From the NCBI GenBank assembly GCA_002633005.1, contig NMRA01000278.1, forward strand, positions 401,873 to 465,872: a DNA stretch of 64,000 bases, written 5' to 3'. Below are positions 1 through 12,800 of the stretch, in pieces (within the stretch, counting starts at the first letter, position 1; the number at the start of each line of letters is the position of its first letter). This DNA is from Phoronis australis. Lineage: Eukaryota > Animalia > Phoronida. The notes under the pieces are model-generated. The model made no database searches and was not told where the DNA came from. It saw nothing but the letters and a program-made list of their open reading frames with translations. A program made the translations under genes and the position numbers.

Positions 1-651
1 ATCAATATGCCAGCTAGAGTGTGACAAGTCAAATTTGCCAGACAGACGAAAAAGCAACATGATCTCAATTTTTAACTCGACCTGTAAACCTTCCCAAGAA
101 ACTCTTACGCTATACTTTGCATATAACAACAGAGCCAATTTCCCACAAAAAATCTTCATGGTTTCTGTGTTGACGGCCCTGGAAGTGATGGACATCTTTT
201 TTGGGGTTGCAGTATATGGCTTAGATTATTTAATGAGAGTATCTTAAAAGTATGTAATTTAAAAAGATAGATACTACTTATAAGATTACAAAATAATCAT
301 GTAGATAATTTAAAGATACTTGCAATATTGGAAAGACTCTGTTTTTATACAGAAATTTTTTTTTGTTTTTTGTTGCTTTGTCGCCTGTTGTAGTCTCCCT
401 TGGTTTCTTCAGTGGAGATAGCTTATAGGTAACACATTCTGTACATTTTACAAATTGTGTATATGATGGTGTTATGTTTAGAAACAAAACCTTGTGGTCA
501 CTGAACGTAAAATAACTTTGGTACAAAGCCAGGCGAACACCACGTCATGATACTAGATGTTAATTAATGAGTTGATACTTCTTGTCAAGACATATCTTCA
601 TTGGCTATTGCAAAATGGTGCTTATGAACAAAGATTTTGATACAAATAATT

Positions 652-820
652 ATCCTGTGAGACACAATGAGCGCTTACCCTGTCGGACACAATGCTATTG
701 TTCACGAGTTTGACACAAGAGCCCTGTCAAACACAATGCCATTGGTCACAAGTTTGACGCAAGAGCTACCCTGTCAGCTCACAATCAGTGCTTACCCTGT
801 CAGACACAATGCCATTGGTC
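652..820. repeat. Degenerate tandem copies of the exon 64 donor junction
   Basis: (gctta)ccctgtcagacacaatgccattggtc recurs at ~673, ~722 and ~790. Confidence 0.8.
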
Positions 821-893
821 CAATCAATATGTTGCTGGTAGTTTTTTGTGCACGTTCCGCATGACTCACATGACTCCTTGTATTTGAGTGCAC
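796..893 (-). CDS. Exon 64 (ALKYKESCESCGTCTKNYQQHIDWTNGIVSDR)
   Basis: ttgcag| and |gtaagc, phase 1-0. Confidence 0.82.
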
Positions 894-3800
894 CTGCAAC
901 AGACCCAACCAGGATTTAATGATTCGTTATCGAGTGAGTGCAATATTCTTCATATTTCTAATGTAAAGTCAGACATGTTAAGGCCATGACTGGGGAGTCA
1001 TAACGGCTTTTGGTCATGATAGACCGACCCGAAAAACCTAGCCTCATTTTCGGGTGGGTGGAAATTCCTGAGAAAACCACAAACCATTATTTGGCTGGTA
1101 ACACGCTATTTCACGCCTACACACATCACCTGATGGCGTTAAGTTCCATTGGCAGACCAGGCGTAATTTCCATGTTTATTGCCCCTACAGTCTGAATGGG
1201 TAATGAACTATTGAAATCGCTGATACAAGCGTGTCACGTTTATAGTCCCTGTAACCCCTGAGATTCCATCATGAACATTTCACATTACGGAATACCGCTG
1301 GTAACCAAAAGATATTTGAGGTAAGACACCTTATCTGACTTCTGCAATTATGGGACAACGCTGGTCACCAAAAGATATTTGAGGTAAGAAACCTTAATTT
1401 TCTGATTTATGTAATTATGGAATACCGCTGGTCACCAAAAGATATTTGAGGTAAGACACCTTATCTGACTTATGCAATTATGGAATACCGCTGGTCACCA
1501 AAAGATATTTGAGGTAAGACACCTTATCTGACTTTTGCAATTATGGAACACCGCTAGTCACCAAAAGATATTTGAGGTAAGAAACCTTAATTTTCTGATT
1601 TATGTAATTATGGAATACCGCTGGTCACCAAAAGATATTTGAGGTAAGACACCTTATCTGACTTATGCAATTATGGAATACCGCTGGTCACCAAAAGATA
1701 TTTGAGGTAAGACACCTCATCTGATTTATGCAATTATGGAATACTGCTGGTCACCAGAAGATATTTGAGGTAAGACAGTCCCCTTATCTAACTTATGCAA
1801 TTATGGAAACTGAAACTAAGTTAAAGTGTCTGACTTCCAACACGAAAAAGTACTGAATTAACTGAACATAGAAAGTGCAAACAACAATACATATCTGTGA
1901 GTCATTGGGATCATATATAATGACGTCACTTCATGGAAAAAATTGCAAGGAGGGAGGATTCACAACAAAGGGAGGGGGATTCACAATAAAGGGGGATTCA
2001 CAACAAAGAGGGATAGGTTCACAACAAAGGGGGGTCACAACAAAGGGAGGGGGGTCACAACAAAGGGAGGGGTACACAACAAAGGAGGTGGGTCACAACA
2101 AATCAGTATCAACAATAACATGACAGACTTTATTTTTGTATTTAATAATGAGCACAAAATCTTGAAAATGCTGTTCTTTCCAAACCATTTTTCCACAAAA
2201 AGAGCTGAGCATGTTAACAGATGTCAAAGATAATTTTTTCAAAACTAAGCAAGGCTTACAATTTTGCACAATGTCACAAAATTCCTGCATTACAGTACCC
2301 CCAAATTCTCCATGAAACATTACCTGGGTCATAGTAGAGTATGGTCGGAATCTCCGTGCCAACCAGAGCAGACTTGTCAAATGGAACGCTTACGTCAAAG
2401 TATTCCACAGTGGTACCAGGCGTCCCTGAGATGTAGAAGTTGTGCACAATGCTGTTTAGACTGAAAAGATGTAACAGAGTTGTCAGGAAAAAATATGATC
2501 TGCTAGTTACAGCCCCCACTGTCAACACATTTTACTACTGCTTGTTACAGCCCCCACTGTCTTTGTTGAAGAGGAATGTTTTAATCATCATATGTTACTA
2601 CTGTATATCATTTCTGCCCAGGCTGTGACCTTGACCTTCCTCAAGTTGGGGGCACCTTTACAGGGGACAGCTATTAGAGATGGACTGACAACAAGATGTG
2701 TGTGTGTGTGTGTGTGCGTGCGCGGGTGCATGCATGTGAGTGTGCGAGTGAGCGTGTGCGTGAACAAGATATGGAAATCACTGTCCACTGAACTTGACGC
2801 TTAATGACAACAGCAGTTTCAAATCACGTGACTTACCGTCTCATCATACGTCGAGACTGGACGGCCATGTTATTCTTGTTATTCATCATGTTGATAATGT
2901 AACTTGGAGAGTCTGAAGCAGCCGACCCGTAGTTCTGGTCAAGGTCACTCTCACTGAGATAGCCCATCATTATGTTACCAGCACCTGTCAAGAGACGGAC
3001 AAGACGTCATAAAGCGGCAAATTGCGCGTCTATGAAACTGTTTACATATCAATGCTCACACATAAGGATATTATGTTTGTGTAGCAAACTTACGGGTGTC
3101 AGGGTGTATAGGCTGTACATCTTATTATCGACCGTTACTGTTTCTGTCCACAAAAAGGGCAAAACATGAAATCAAACATCTTAATTGAAAGTACAATAAT
3201 CCAGCGGAAAGACTTGAGGTTTTCTGACCCTCCAGAGTTACCCGCCTGCCAACTGCGGACGGTCCATCACGACACTATAATGTGCGATTGAAAACTGCCA
3301 GCATTTTGAGCTCATTGAAATCTTGACTACAAATTCGTCATCTCTGCACTGGCCACTTTTACTTTTGTGTTTACCTGACAGGTAGTTCTCTCCAATATGA
3401 ATGTTACATACTCCTCACTCATGTGTTGGTTGCATACTAGCAAAAATTTATGCAGTACAAAACTGGCAGTGTGTTATGGAGACGAAAGAATCTTGTGAAA
3501 AGCAGACCATGCAAGACCACGAAAAATCAAATGAATGAATTGTTATTGGTTTGTAAGACGGAGTGCACTTACTAACCCTACCCAAGCAAAATGGTGAGGC
3601 AGGGATGCTCAATGAGTGTCTTGGATCAACACAACCCAGCCAAGTTCTATCGCAACTGTCTTGGGTCGACAAAATGAGGCCCCACCTTATCACAACTGTA
3701 TTGGGTTAACAAAACCCAGCCCAGTTTTATTCCAACTGCAGAACCATCAATGATAATGATAAATGATTTGGAAAATGGATTAACCAACTGCGACGAGGTT

Positions 3801-6800
3801 TGATAATTCAAGCAGCTGTTTTAAAATGGGTAACCCTTTACTAAAAACAGTGATGGCTCACATCAGGGCATGAAATAACATCACCATTGAATGAACTACC
3901 CACTAGTGCACACAACTATGCCTTGCCAGTAACAACATCAGCTCAATGCAGTTATCTGCACTTGAGGCAGACAAACTGACATCATAGCACTCCTCTCTGC
4001 GCTGGTCCTTTCAGATGTGTTGAATTCGTAATCTGCGTATTTGAGCCATTTCTGTAAGTTTCAATCATGTGTTTTGCTATATGAGTGCTCTTTCAGAAAC
4101 TTCCATCATAAGTGTTATATGACAGCAGTAAACCTTAGAATAAGAAGACTTTTGAAGTAGCTAGAAACCAGCCATCCGATAAGAAATTTACTTGTGCTTA
4201 CAAAGTTGGTCTTAATCTAGGAGGAAGTAGCAGGTTGTTACCGCATAAGCCTAGACCTTAAGTTGGCTTCATGTACAAATTTACAAGCTAAACGTATGCA
4301 GGCAATTTAGATGACCCCGAATTCCCGGTCATGATGGCTGGCCGGAAGTCGAATTCATTACCAGGGAATGAATGAAAATTAACAGGAAGGTTAGCAAGGA
4401 GGTAAACCATTTTGTAATTAGAATTCTGTAGCCTTACCAGTTGATTGTCAGTAATTTTGGCTGTGAACAGAATTAGCCAATATTTTGTTTGATTGTTAGT
4501 CGGTCATTTTATGCATTGGTATATAGTAGCTTTAAACAGTATCATATTACCTAATGTAACCATCTTTCAATACTTATTAACTGATAATGACAAGCACTTG
4601 GGCACAGCAACTCCAAATACAGCACAAATGTTTCCTGAGCCAATCATTGTATACCTCGCACTGTGAGAGTACCGCCCGTTATACCGCTGATGTCCATCGT
4701 TGTGCTGGTTGATCTCTTCTTTCTCGAGCCACCAAGGCTTTGAGCGGTGTCCTGTGGCCCTGTAATGTATAATGTAGGAACAGCATTTATGGAACTTGCT
4801 ACACCATGACGAGGCTAGGCGAGGTGCTTTACCACACACGGTCTCTTAGGACATCAAAGGAGTTCTACAGACAGCAAGGTAAGCCTCAGTCAAGCAGCAA
4901 GTTAAGCCCATTTTAAAAAATGCCCAAGTCAACTGAGCTGGAAATCCTTGTTAGAAAGGACTGTGCCTGAAATTATTTTCACCAGACTAGGTTTATTCCA
5001 TTGGAAACACAAAGTGTGTGCTGCGGGTGACCAGGTTGAGTGGGGTGTAACTTGTAAAAGTAGATCGTCGAATACAAAGTAATGCAACTGCACAATCTAA
5101 CATTTTCTTCTTCATCCATGACGAAAATGATTGTGAAGGTAACGTAGGAACTTGAAGGATTACACTGATTACAGTCATTTCAATCAGACCATTATTACCC
5201 ACTTGGCCTATTGTCATGGTGATGAAAATTAATTTATTTATTTATTTTTAATTCAGTCTGTAAATTCAATTTATAAAATACTCCTTTAATTTAATTAACT
5301 TAATAATTTAATCAATTTATCTATAATCGTAATTTTTTTATTTTATAATTACATTTCAAAGTAGGGGACCCAGCTGTATATTAGCCTTTGGCTAAGGCAT
5401 GCTTTTTGTATCTATTGTATTTTATACTCTATAAAATATTAAGTAAAGTTTATTTTTATTGACCCAAGCAAGAGTGTGAGCTGCCCAAGCCAGTGTATCA
5501 GGATAACATAGTGTTATGCACGTACATAGTGTTATGCACGTACATAGTGTTATGCATGTACATAGTGTTATGCACGTACATAGTGTTATGCACGTACATA
5601 GTGTTATGCACGTACATAGTGTTATGCATGTACATAGTGTTATGCACGTACATAGTGTTATGCATGTACATAGTGTTATGCACGTACACAGTGTTATGCA
5701 TGTACATAGTGTTATGCATGTACATAGTGTTATGCACGTACATAGTGTTATGCACATACAAACAAGTCAACCAGTTGATGGCTCAAGTTCCTTAAAGACT
5801 GCATGCTGTCCACAAATACCAACCACAAGGGCAGCAATAGCACAATGTAATATAGATAATAGTTCTCACCAAAACTGTTTCTGAAGTAAGTTTTTCATAG
5901 ACAGTTTCATTCAGGGTTAAAGTTCACTTGCCATCAATTAGCTTGCCCCACAAATTTGAAGTAAAGTAGTTTGGCTGCACCCATAGTAGAATCACCTCTC
6001 TTCATGACTGGCAAACCGAGGAATTCAACTATTTTCAAAGTACATTTTATAAATCAAAGTGAGTAGCGACTGACTTCAACTTTTTGGATGCATATAATTG
6101 AATTACACTTTTTGAATAACAAATTACAGAACAATTCACTGAAATGCAGGGTAGTGTGTTTTTAAGGCTTGGTATATGCAATGGCTTCTGGCAGTTATCG
6201 TAAATTCAAATTCAACGTTGGTGGGGGTCAAAATCTGAAGTCTGGGAAAACTGTCCTCATCACTAATGTGCTTGTACGTACGCTTCACACAGATCTCTGA
6301 TTCACTAAGAAGGGTCTTAATGTGATTCTTTCCTTCCACTGTCAATCTTGTCTTCATGCAAGCCCCTGGCTCTAGCTCAAATCTACTTGGGCCGTTCAGA
6401 TTATCGGCATCCTCCACTGTCTTTGGCTTGAGATCAAAAAGAGACTGCGGACAGTTGACACCTGTTGGCAGGAAGTAGAAACAAGAATAAAGACTAAAAT
6501 GCACTCTGTGAAGCCGTGTGAGCACTGAATGCAACACAGATAGCCCAGAAAACTTCACCATAAAGTGTCCAGTATCAGTAGTCTATAACGGAATCAGGTA
6601 TACTGAAATTAATATTGGAATATCAATTTTATCAATTTCAACGTACCTGATTCTAGTTTTGAATGGTTTTGAATTGATTCAAATTGAAATTATACAAGAC
6701 TTTAAGAGATTTCATAGAGCTTTGATTTTTCACAAACACTTACAGGTCATTGACTGCTGAAGGCTTTAAACGTTTGTGGAGATACTGATTAAATTTTTAT

Positions 6801-9800
6801 GATTATTGTTAGAAAATCCAAGAACACATGACTTAAGGCATGAAAAAATTACGACTAGTTTCTATGTATAACTTACAAATATTAAATTATCCTAAAATTT
6901 AACTATCTAATTTACCTAACTCAGGTTCTACAACTTTAAAACACTGACAACAAAATGGATCATTAATCCTGAAAGAGTCCTTCAACTGTTTTCTTTAAAA
7001 CGACAAACTGCAATTTTAACAAACCAAGCTGTCTGCATGTAATGTTACATTTCATAATTACGTGAATGCTTACAGAATTTATTAATAACATAATACTATA
7101 AATATTATCATTCCTTCATCAGTATCACAGTTAATTTTTTTCTGCATAAGTGCACCTTCCTGTACTACACTGGTGAAGGGAGGAAGTTCACCACTTTGAA
7201 CAGCCATAAAGAGAGCCACAATAAGGAGCTACTATTTAGAAAACATACAAAACGCACCATCTATGGCAACATCGTTCTGGGCTCCGCTATTCACCTACTC
7301 ATGGGAGGTAATAAAGCGAGTATCTTCTCACCCAGCACCATAAACCCGTCTATTAAAATGCGTTTACAAAGTTAACAAAGGCCAACACGGACAGTTGTAT
7401 AACTAAAAAGCAGGGTTCAAAAAGCACAACTTTCACTAACTGTGCATGTCTACATCAAAAGGCATACTGGGTGTGAATGACACCTGTGATTTACAACCTT
7501 CTACAAAATAGCCTAAGTCCTCCAAGCCAAACATGACTGCTTGCCTTATGCTATGACTTGTAAACATGTGATGTTAATGTCCAGATATTTGTTCCCAAAC
7601 CTATACTACCTCAACAGCAGTCATATAACCTATGCTTGGGTGTTCCAAATTATTGTACTGAAATGTTACCAATTTAGGACACTATATGGCAGACACTATA
7701 AGCCAATGACTAATATTTCATTTTTTCATAAAAATAATACCAAAAGTACTAACAATTTCAACTCCATAGCACAAAATGGATGTGAAACAACCTTAGGGAC
7801 TTAATGGCAGTATGTACAGTCATGACCAATTTGACAAAGCCAGTCAATCAAAAGATGTTAGAAGAAAGACTGAGATCCCTACAGCAAATGTTAACACAAA
7901 AAGTTTAATGAGTACCCGTGTGAAATCACATGGTTATCAGCTGACTTGTGGATTGCTCAAGAATTTCAAATGTTTCAATCAAGTGAGCTGGCAACTAGAG
8001 AGGGTCTCTCACAACAAAACAAAACAGCGTTATGTTCAAATGCAGTGTCCACCATCAGCCAATGTTTCAAGAAATTCTGTACATTCAAATTAAACAGCCT
8101 TCAAAATGAAAACAATAGCACTTCTGAAGCAAATTATTCTTATCTATTTGTCATATATTACATTTTCAAGACCCAAGGTTTTTCAACACTACACAAAATG
8201 CCTAGAAGGCAATAGCTACGATAACTAAAAACACTTCATATCTGAGCCAAATAGTATACAACTTCATACTCCTGACATGTTAGGAGGTGCACTCCTAATT
8301 TTCAAAGGTACAAGACCCAGCATGATGTAAAGGTCAACATCAAAAGTAAAAGGTCATGCAGGTGTGAGACAAGATAGGTCAATAACACACCTCAGGAATA
8401 TGAAGTTCTATACTATTTGGCTATTTATTAAATGTTTGTCTGTGTATCTGCTGAACTTGATATCAACAAAACATACCATCATAACAAACCCTGCCGTTCT
8501 CGATGGAGACACTACGCATCTCAAAAGTACCAATTCTGGCTTCAGGTATCAATGTCCTCTGATTGACATCTTCCATGGTGATTTGCAGTACTGAAAAAAA
8601 CACAATTTCCCGTAAATTTGTCTTCACCTCGTATAGATTTGATATCAACAAGCAACTAATAACCAAGTCAAGGTCAAGTAGAATAATCAACATAATGCAT
8701 AACCCCTAGTATAATTTTACAAGAAATAACAGTTAGAAACACAATACTTGGCTATACTCAAACATGAATCAGGCAATTAATTCCCTTATCAGAACAAACA
8801 GCTCATTAGCTCAGAAGAATTTTATACCAATACAGAGTATCTGACATACGAATTAAAGCAGCAATAAACATGTTTCATCCAAGAAGACAACTTCTGACTT
8901 AAGACAATTTTCCTCTAGAAAATTGGTCTCGATTTGTACCTCACTCAGATGAGAAATGATGTCTAAGTTTGCAAAGACTTAACAGCTCATTAATCCTTGA
9001 GACAATGCTCCACTCATGAAATGTAACGCCATGACAACCACGCCACGACAACAAACTGTTGAAGCCCTGAAATCCCCTCTAATCTAACTACAGAGATCAA
9101 TTTCATAGGGGCAAGTGTACACTCCAATTCAAAAGTTGAGAGTGATGATGGCCATTTAAGTTTAGGAACAAGTGAGGAGGAGACAGTTTGGCCCGGAGTC
9201 GAATCCTGGATTTATTGGTTGTCAATCGAGCATTGCACAAAGCTGTCTCAGCTTTACTAATACAAGGTAGTGAATGAGAACATGGATTATAAGGCAAAAC
9301 CCACTTAAGGGGCAGTGCACCGTTTTGAAGAGTGGTGACCATAGTCAGATACTCACAAACCCACATAACAGTAAGTGGCAGGGGTGCCCAGTTGAATGCC
9401 ACCCTATTCTGAGAGTTTTGCACCAGGGCATTCTCCCCAAGTTTGCTGGTGCCGTTCACCACCGAACTCACGTTGGAAACATCAGGTGGAATGGTGTCCA
9501 GCTGCAGAGAAGGGAAAGAAAACCATTTACATCCATAAAACACTTTAAATAATCCACAAAACTAAAATTGCCACAAGAGGGTGCTAAAATAGACAAATCC
9601 GTTTGACAACCAACTGGCACTGGTGTTTCTTGACTGCCATCCAGTGTGAAATTAACTCACAATATCAATCAATGATCATGATAGATTAATGATTTTGACA
9701 AGGAATATCTTGTTGAAAACTAAAATCTCTACAAAGGTTCAAGTTTACTCAAATCTCACCAAGAATTCAACACTGTTAGCATAATTAATCTTTCTAATAA

Positions 9801-12800
9801 CTATACAAGCAGGTCAACTAAAGTCATGGCTTATAACTCACCTTTAGTTTACAAGAGCGCACACTCGACAATCCCACCACATTTGTAGCTCGTACTGCCA
9901 CGAAGTAGTCACCATCACTCAAATTGGCGAAGGTTAGGAAGCCCTTGTCGACCAATCCTAAACTGGTGAAGTTGACAACTGCTACATTGAGCGCGTCCGA
10001 TGTAAAAACACCTAACTCGTAGTTGGACATCAAGCTCTCCGTCTCCACCACTTCCCACATGGCTCCCATGCTGTATGGGGTACCTGATAGGGACACAACA
10101 TTCAATCGTAGTCATGGAGGCTGTATATTAGGAACCAGAAATACTGTTTCTCCCATATGGAGCCATGCAATATGAGAAGCCTGATGGGGGAAAACACATT
10201 TCAATGGAAGTCAGGATTCCTGTTTAACATTTCAAAATTTTATTTTTGTGCAGTGAAATCTCACCAATTTCCAGCAAAAACAATAATCATGATAATAATG
10301 ATAAAATTGCTTTTCTATGTTTAAAAGCATCTAAAACTATGAATGTCCATAATTTTTTAGTCAAAACAATGTCGGTAGCCAAGCTTGAAAATGATAAAAG
10401 CAATTACTGGGTGCTTGGTCAATCTACTATGAAAAATGTTCACATAAAACACCCTGTGTCCTAAAGTGGTTAGGCTGTTTTTGGAGATAAATATTCAATT
10501 GGGAATCAATAAAGTTTCGTCGTATCTAAAGTTGAGTGCACTTACTGCAGTAGTCTGTAGGTTGGTCCACGGAGTACCCAGGGTCTAGGCATGACATGTT
10601 ACGAATATCTGGAGGTGATATGTCTATAGTGATGCCATTGGTTGTCGTGACAACCTCCAACCCCGACCGACTTACAGCTTTGACCATTATGAAGTATATT
10701 GCAGGCTGGAATAATGATTTTCGTAAATGAAGCACAATGATGCCCTACAACTTTCATAACCAGATATGACGAAAGTATTCAGTTGCTTAGTGATGACTGA
10801 CCTAATTACGACGTAATTTGGAACCACAGAGGAATAGATTGAAACGGAGTCATGTCATGTTTGCAAAAATTATAGTCTCGGATTTTTTCTGATTGAGATA
10901 ATCGTTTGGCACTCGACTTTTTCTACAAACTTATGAGTTTCAATTAATTTGTGTACTTTGACAACTGTTCCACCCATTGTATGCTAACGAGGATCTGAGG
11001 CGTAAGAATGAAGGTCATTTGTTTTTAATTCTATTTGACTTGGTCCAAAATGTCAAAATGACAACATACGAAACAACTACTAACCCGTAACTGCCTAACA
11101 CTGTACAGTATACTGACTAAAATAATCACGTCATTAAATAAAAATGTTATGAACCTGCCTCCAGAGAAGAACCTAACGCTTGTTTTTGACTCACCTGAAA
11201 GAAAGTCGCCTGGCCATCCTCAGTGAGTGCGTCAGCACCAGGGGATAGATTTAGTCCTGTTAGACGCAGTGTGAGTGGGCTGAAATCATTCTTGTCTGGA
11301 TCAGTACACGAAGCGTTGCAGTTGAAATCACATTGGCTGTAGCAACCTTGACATACGGTATGTGCCAACGTGAAATTGACAACATTTGCTGTGGCATTTG
11401 GTTCATTATTATCACTGATGCCAAGGTAGATCTTACCGATGTGGCTCTCAAAGTCATAGAAAGGCAAGCCATAATGACACGGGCGTTGCAGTGGAACAGG
11501 TACGGACATCCCGGAAACAAGGGCAGAGGTCTCGTACACCGTGAATGGATCAGGCTTGGGTGGCATGTACAGGCCTCGCATCCATGTGTGAACAACTGGA
11601 TGGGCAGTAGATGGTGGTCTGACACCTTGTGGAGAAATAAAGAACTTCTTCAATTCATGCGAACAATATTTTCCAGTGTCTCTTGAACATGCAAAAAGCA
11701 AATTATTTGACGGTTGTAGGAATCGTTAGAACCTTAACTGAGGTGGGTATCTTAATAAGTGCATTAAATATTAGAGAAAATATGCACAAAACGGGTATGG
11801 CAAAATTTATTAAAAACAATTGGGGAACTATCAAATAGCTTAATTTAAAAAAATGCAAAACAATCTAATAGAGTTCAGCCTTGTGCTGATCTTTTGTCCT
11901 CCACAATTTATGCCTCCATTTACACAAACTCGTTATCAGTCGAGACAGCGTGACACAATATATGACTCCTCAGCCTTTAATAATTTCAGAAATCCCTGAT
12001 CAGTTAAGATTTGCATTGGCCTCACGCAACAGAAATTTGCTTCCAGTTAAAAAATCCAAACTACACTAAAGAAGCCGACAAAACAAAATAAACAACAACA
12101 AACCAGTCACAGTGACAGATTCTGCGCCATTCTCAAACAAGGTCATTCTCCAACCTTGACCTTTCGGGTCATCGTGGTCACGGTAGACGCGGACAGCATA
12201 CGTAACTTCTGAAGCAGTGGGATCATTGGTCAGCCTGACCCACTCATACTTGGACACATCCTTGTCCCGAGCCCACAGTTTGGCGTACCAAACCTTGTTC
12301 CGTCTACCATGTTGATAGCCTATTAACAATGTATTAGTAATTTTATAAGTAATTGGACTGCAAGCTAAATTTAACTATTAAGTAACAATAACGATGTTAT
12401 TGAGCAGCGAATGAAATGATCTTTATGTTAAAGTTTCAAATGATTTACACCCTGTTACTTTTCCGGCTGGTTTGCATTTTGCTTCCCAACATAATCTCAA
12501 GAAAACAAGATCATTTTCAACATTTTTGAAAACTACCAATTGTTGCTAAGGGTAACCCGACTTGAGAGAAATGAAGCACATTGTTACCTAGGACAAAATG
12601 CATCGACATCTTGCTGTCCATCAAAAGGTCAACATGTGAGTAGAACACATTTCAATAATTTAGAAACTCCACCTGTCAGCAACTGGAAGAATGTGATTCT
12701 TGGGACTATAGTTTGTACATTTACCAAAGAAAGTGAGTCCAAAGCCAGGTTTGTATGTGATGATGATTGGAACTGCTTGTGGATTGGGAGTAGTAGAGAC

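Noticed and set aside
3240-3375. Open minus-strand frame as an extra exon
   Set aside because: Donor is in phase 2, incompatible with exon 62 (phase 1)
5422-5884. Repetitive ORFs (CITLCT, MHVHSV) as Cys/His-rich proteins
   Set aside because: By-products of an 18-bp minisatellite that is open in several frames
6591-6653. Inverted repeat (gaatcaggta...tacctgattc) as terminator or MITE
   Set aside because: Short and imperfect, no target-site duplication or second copy seen; Rho-independent terminators do not apply here
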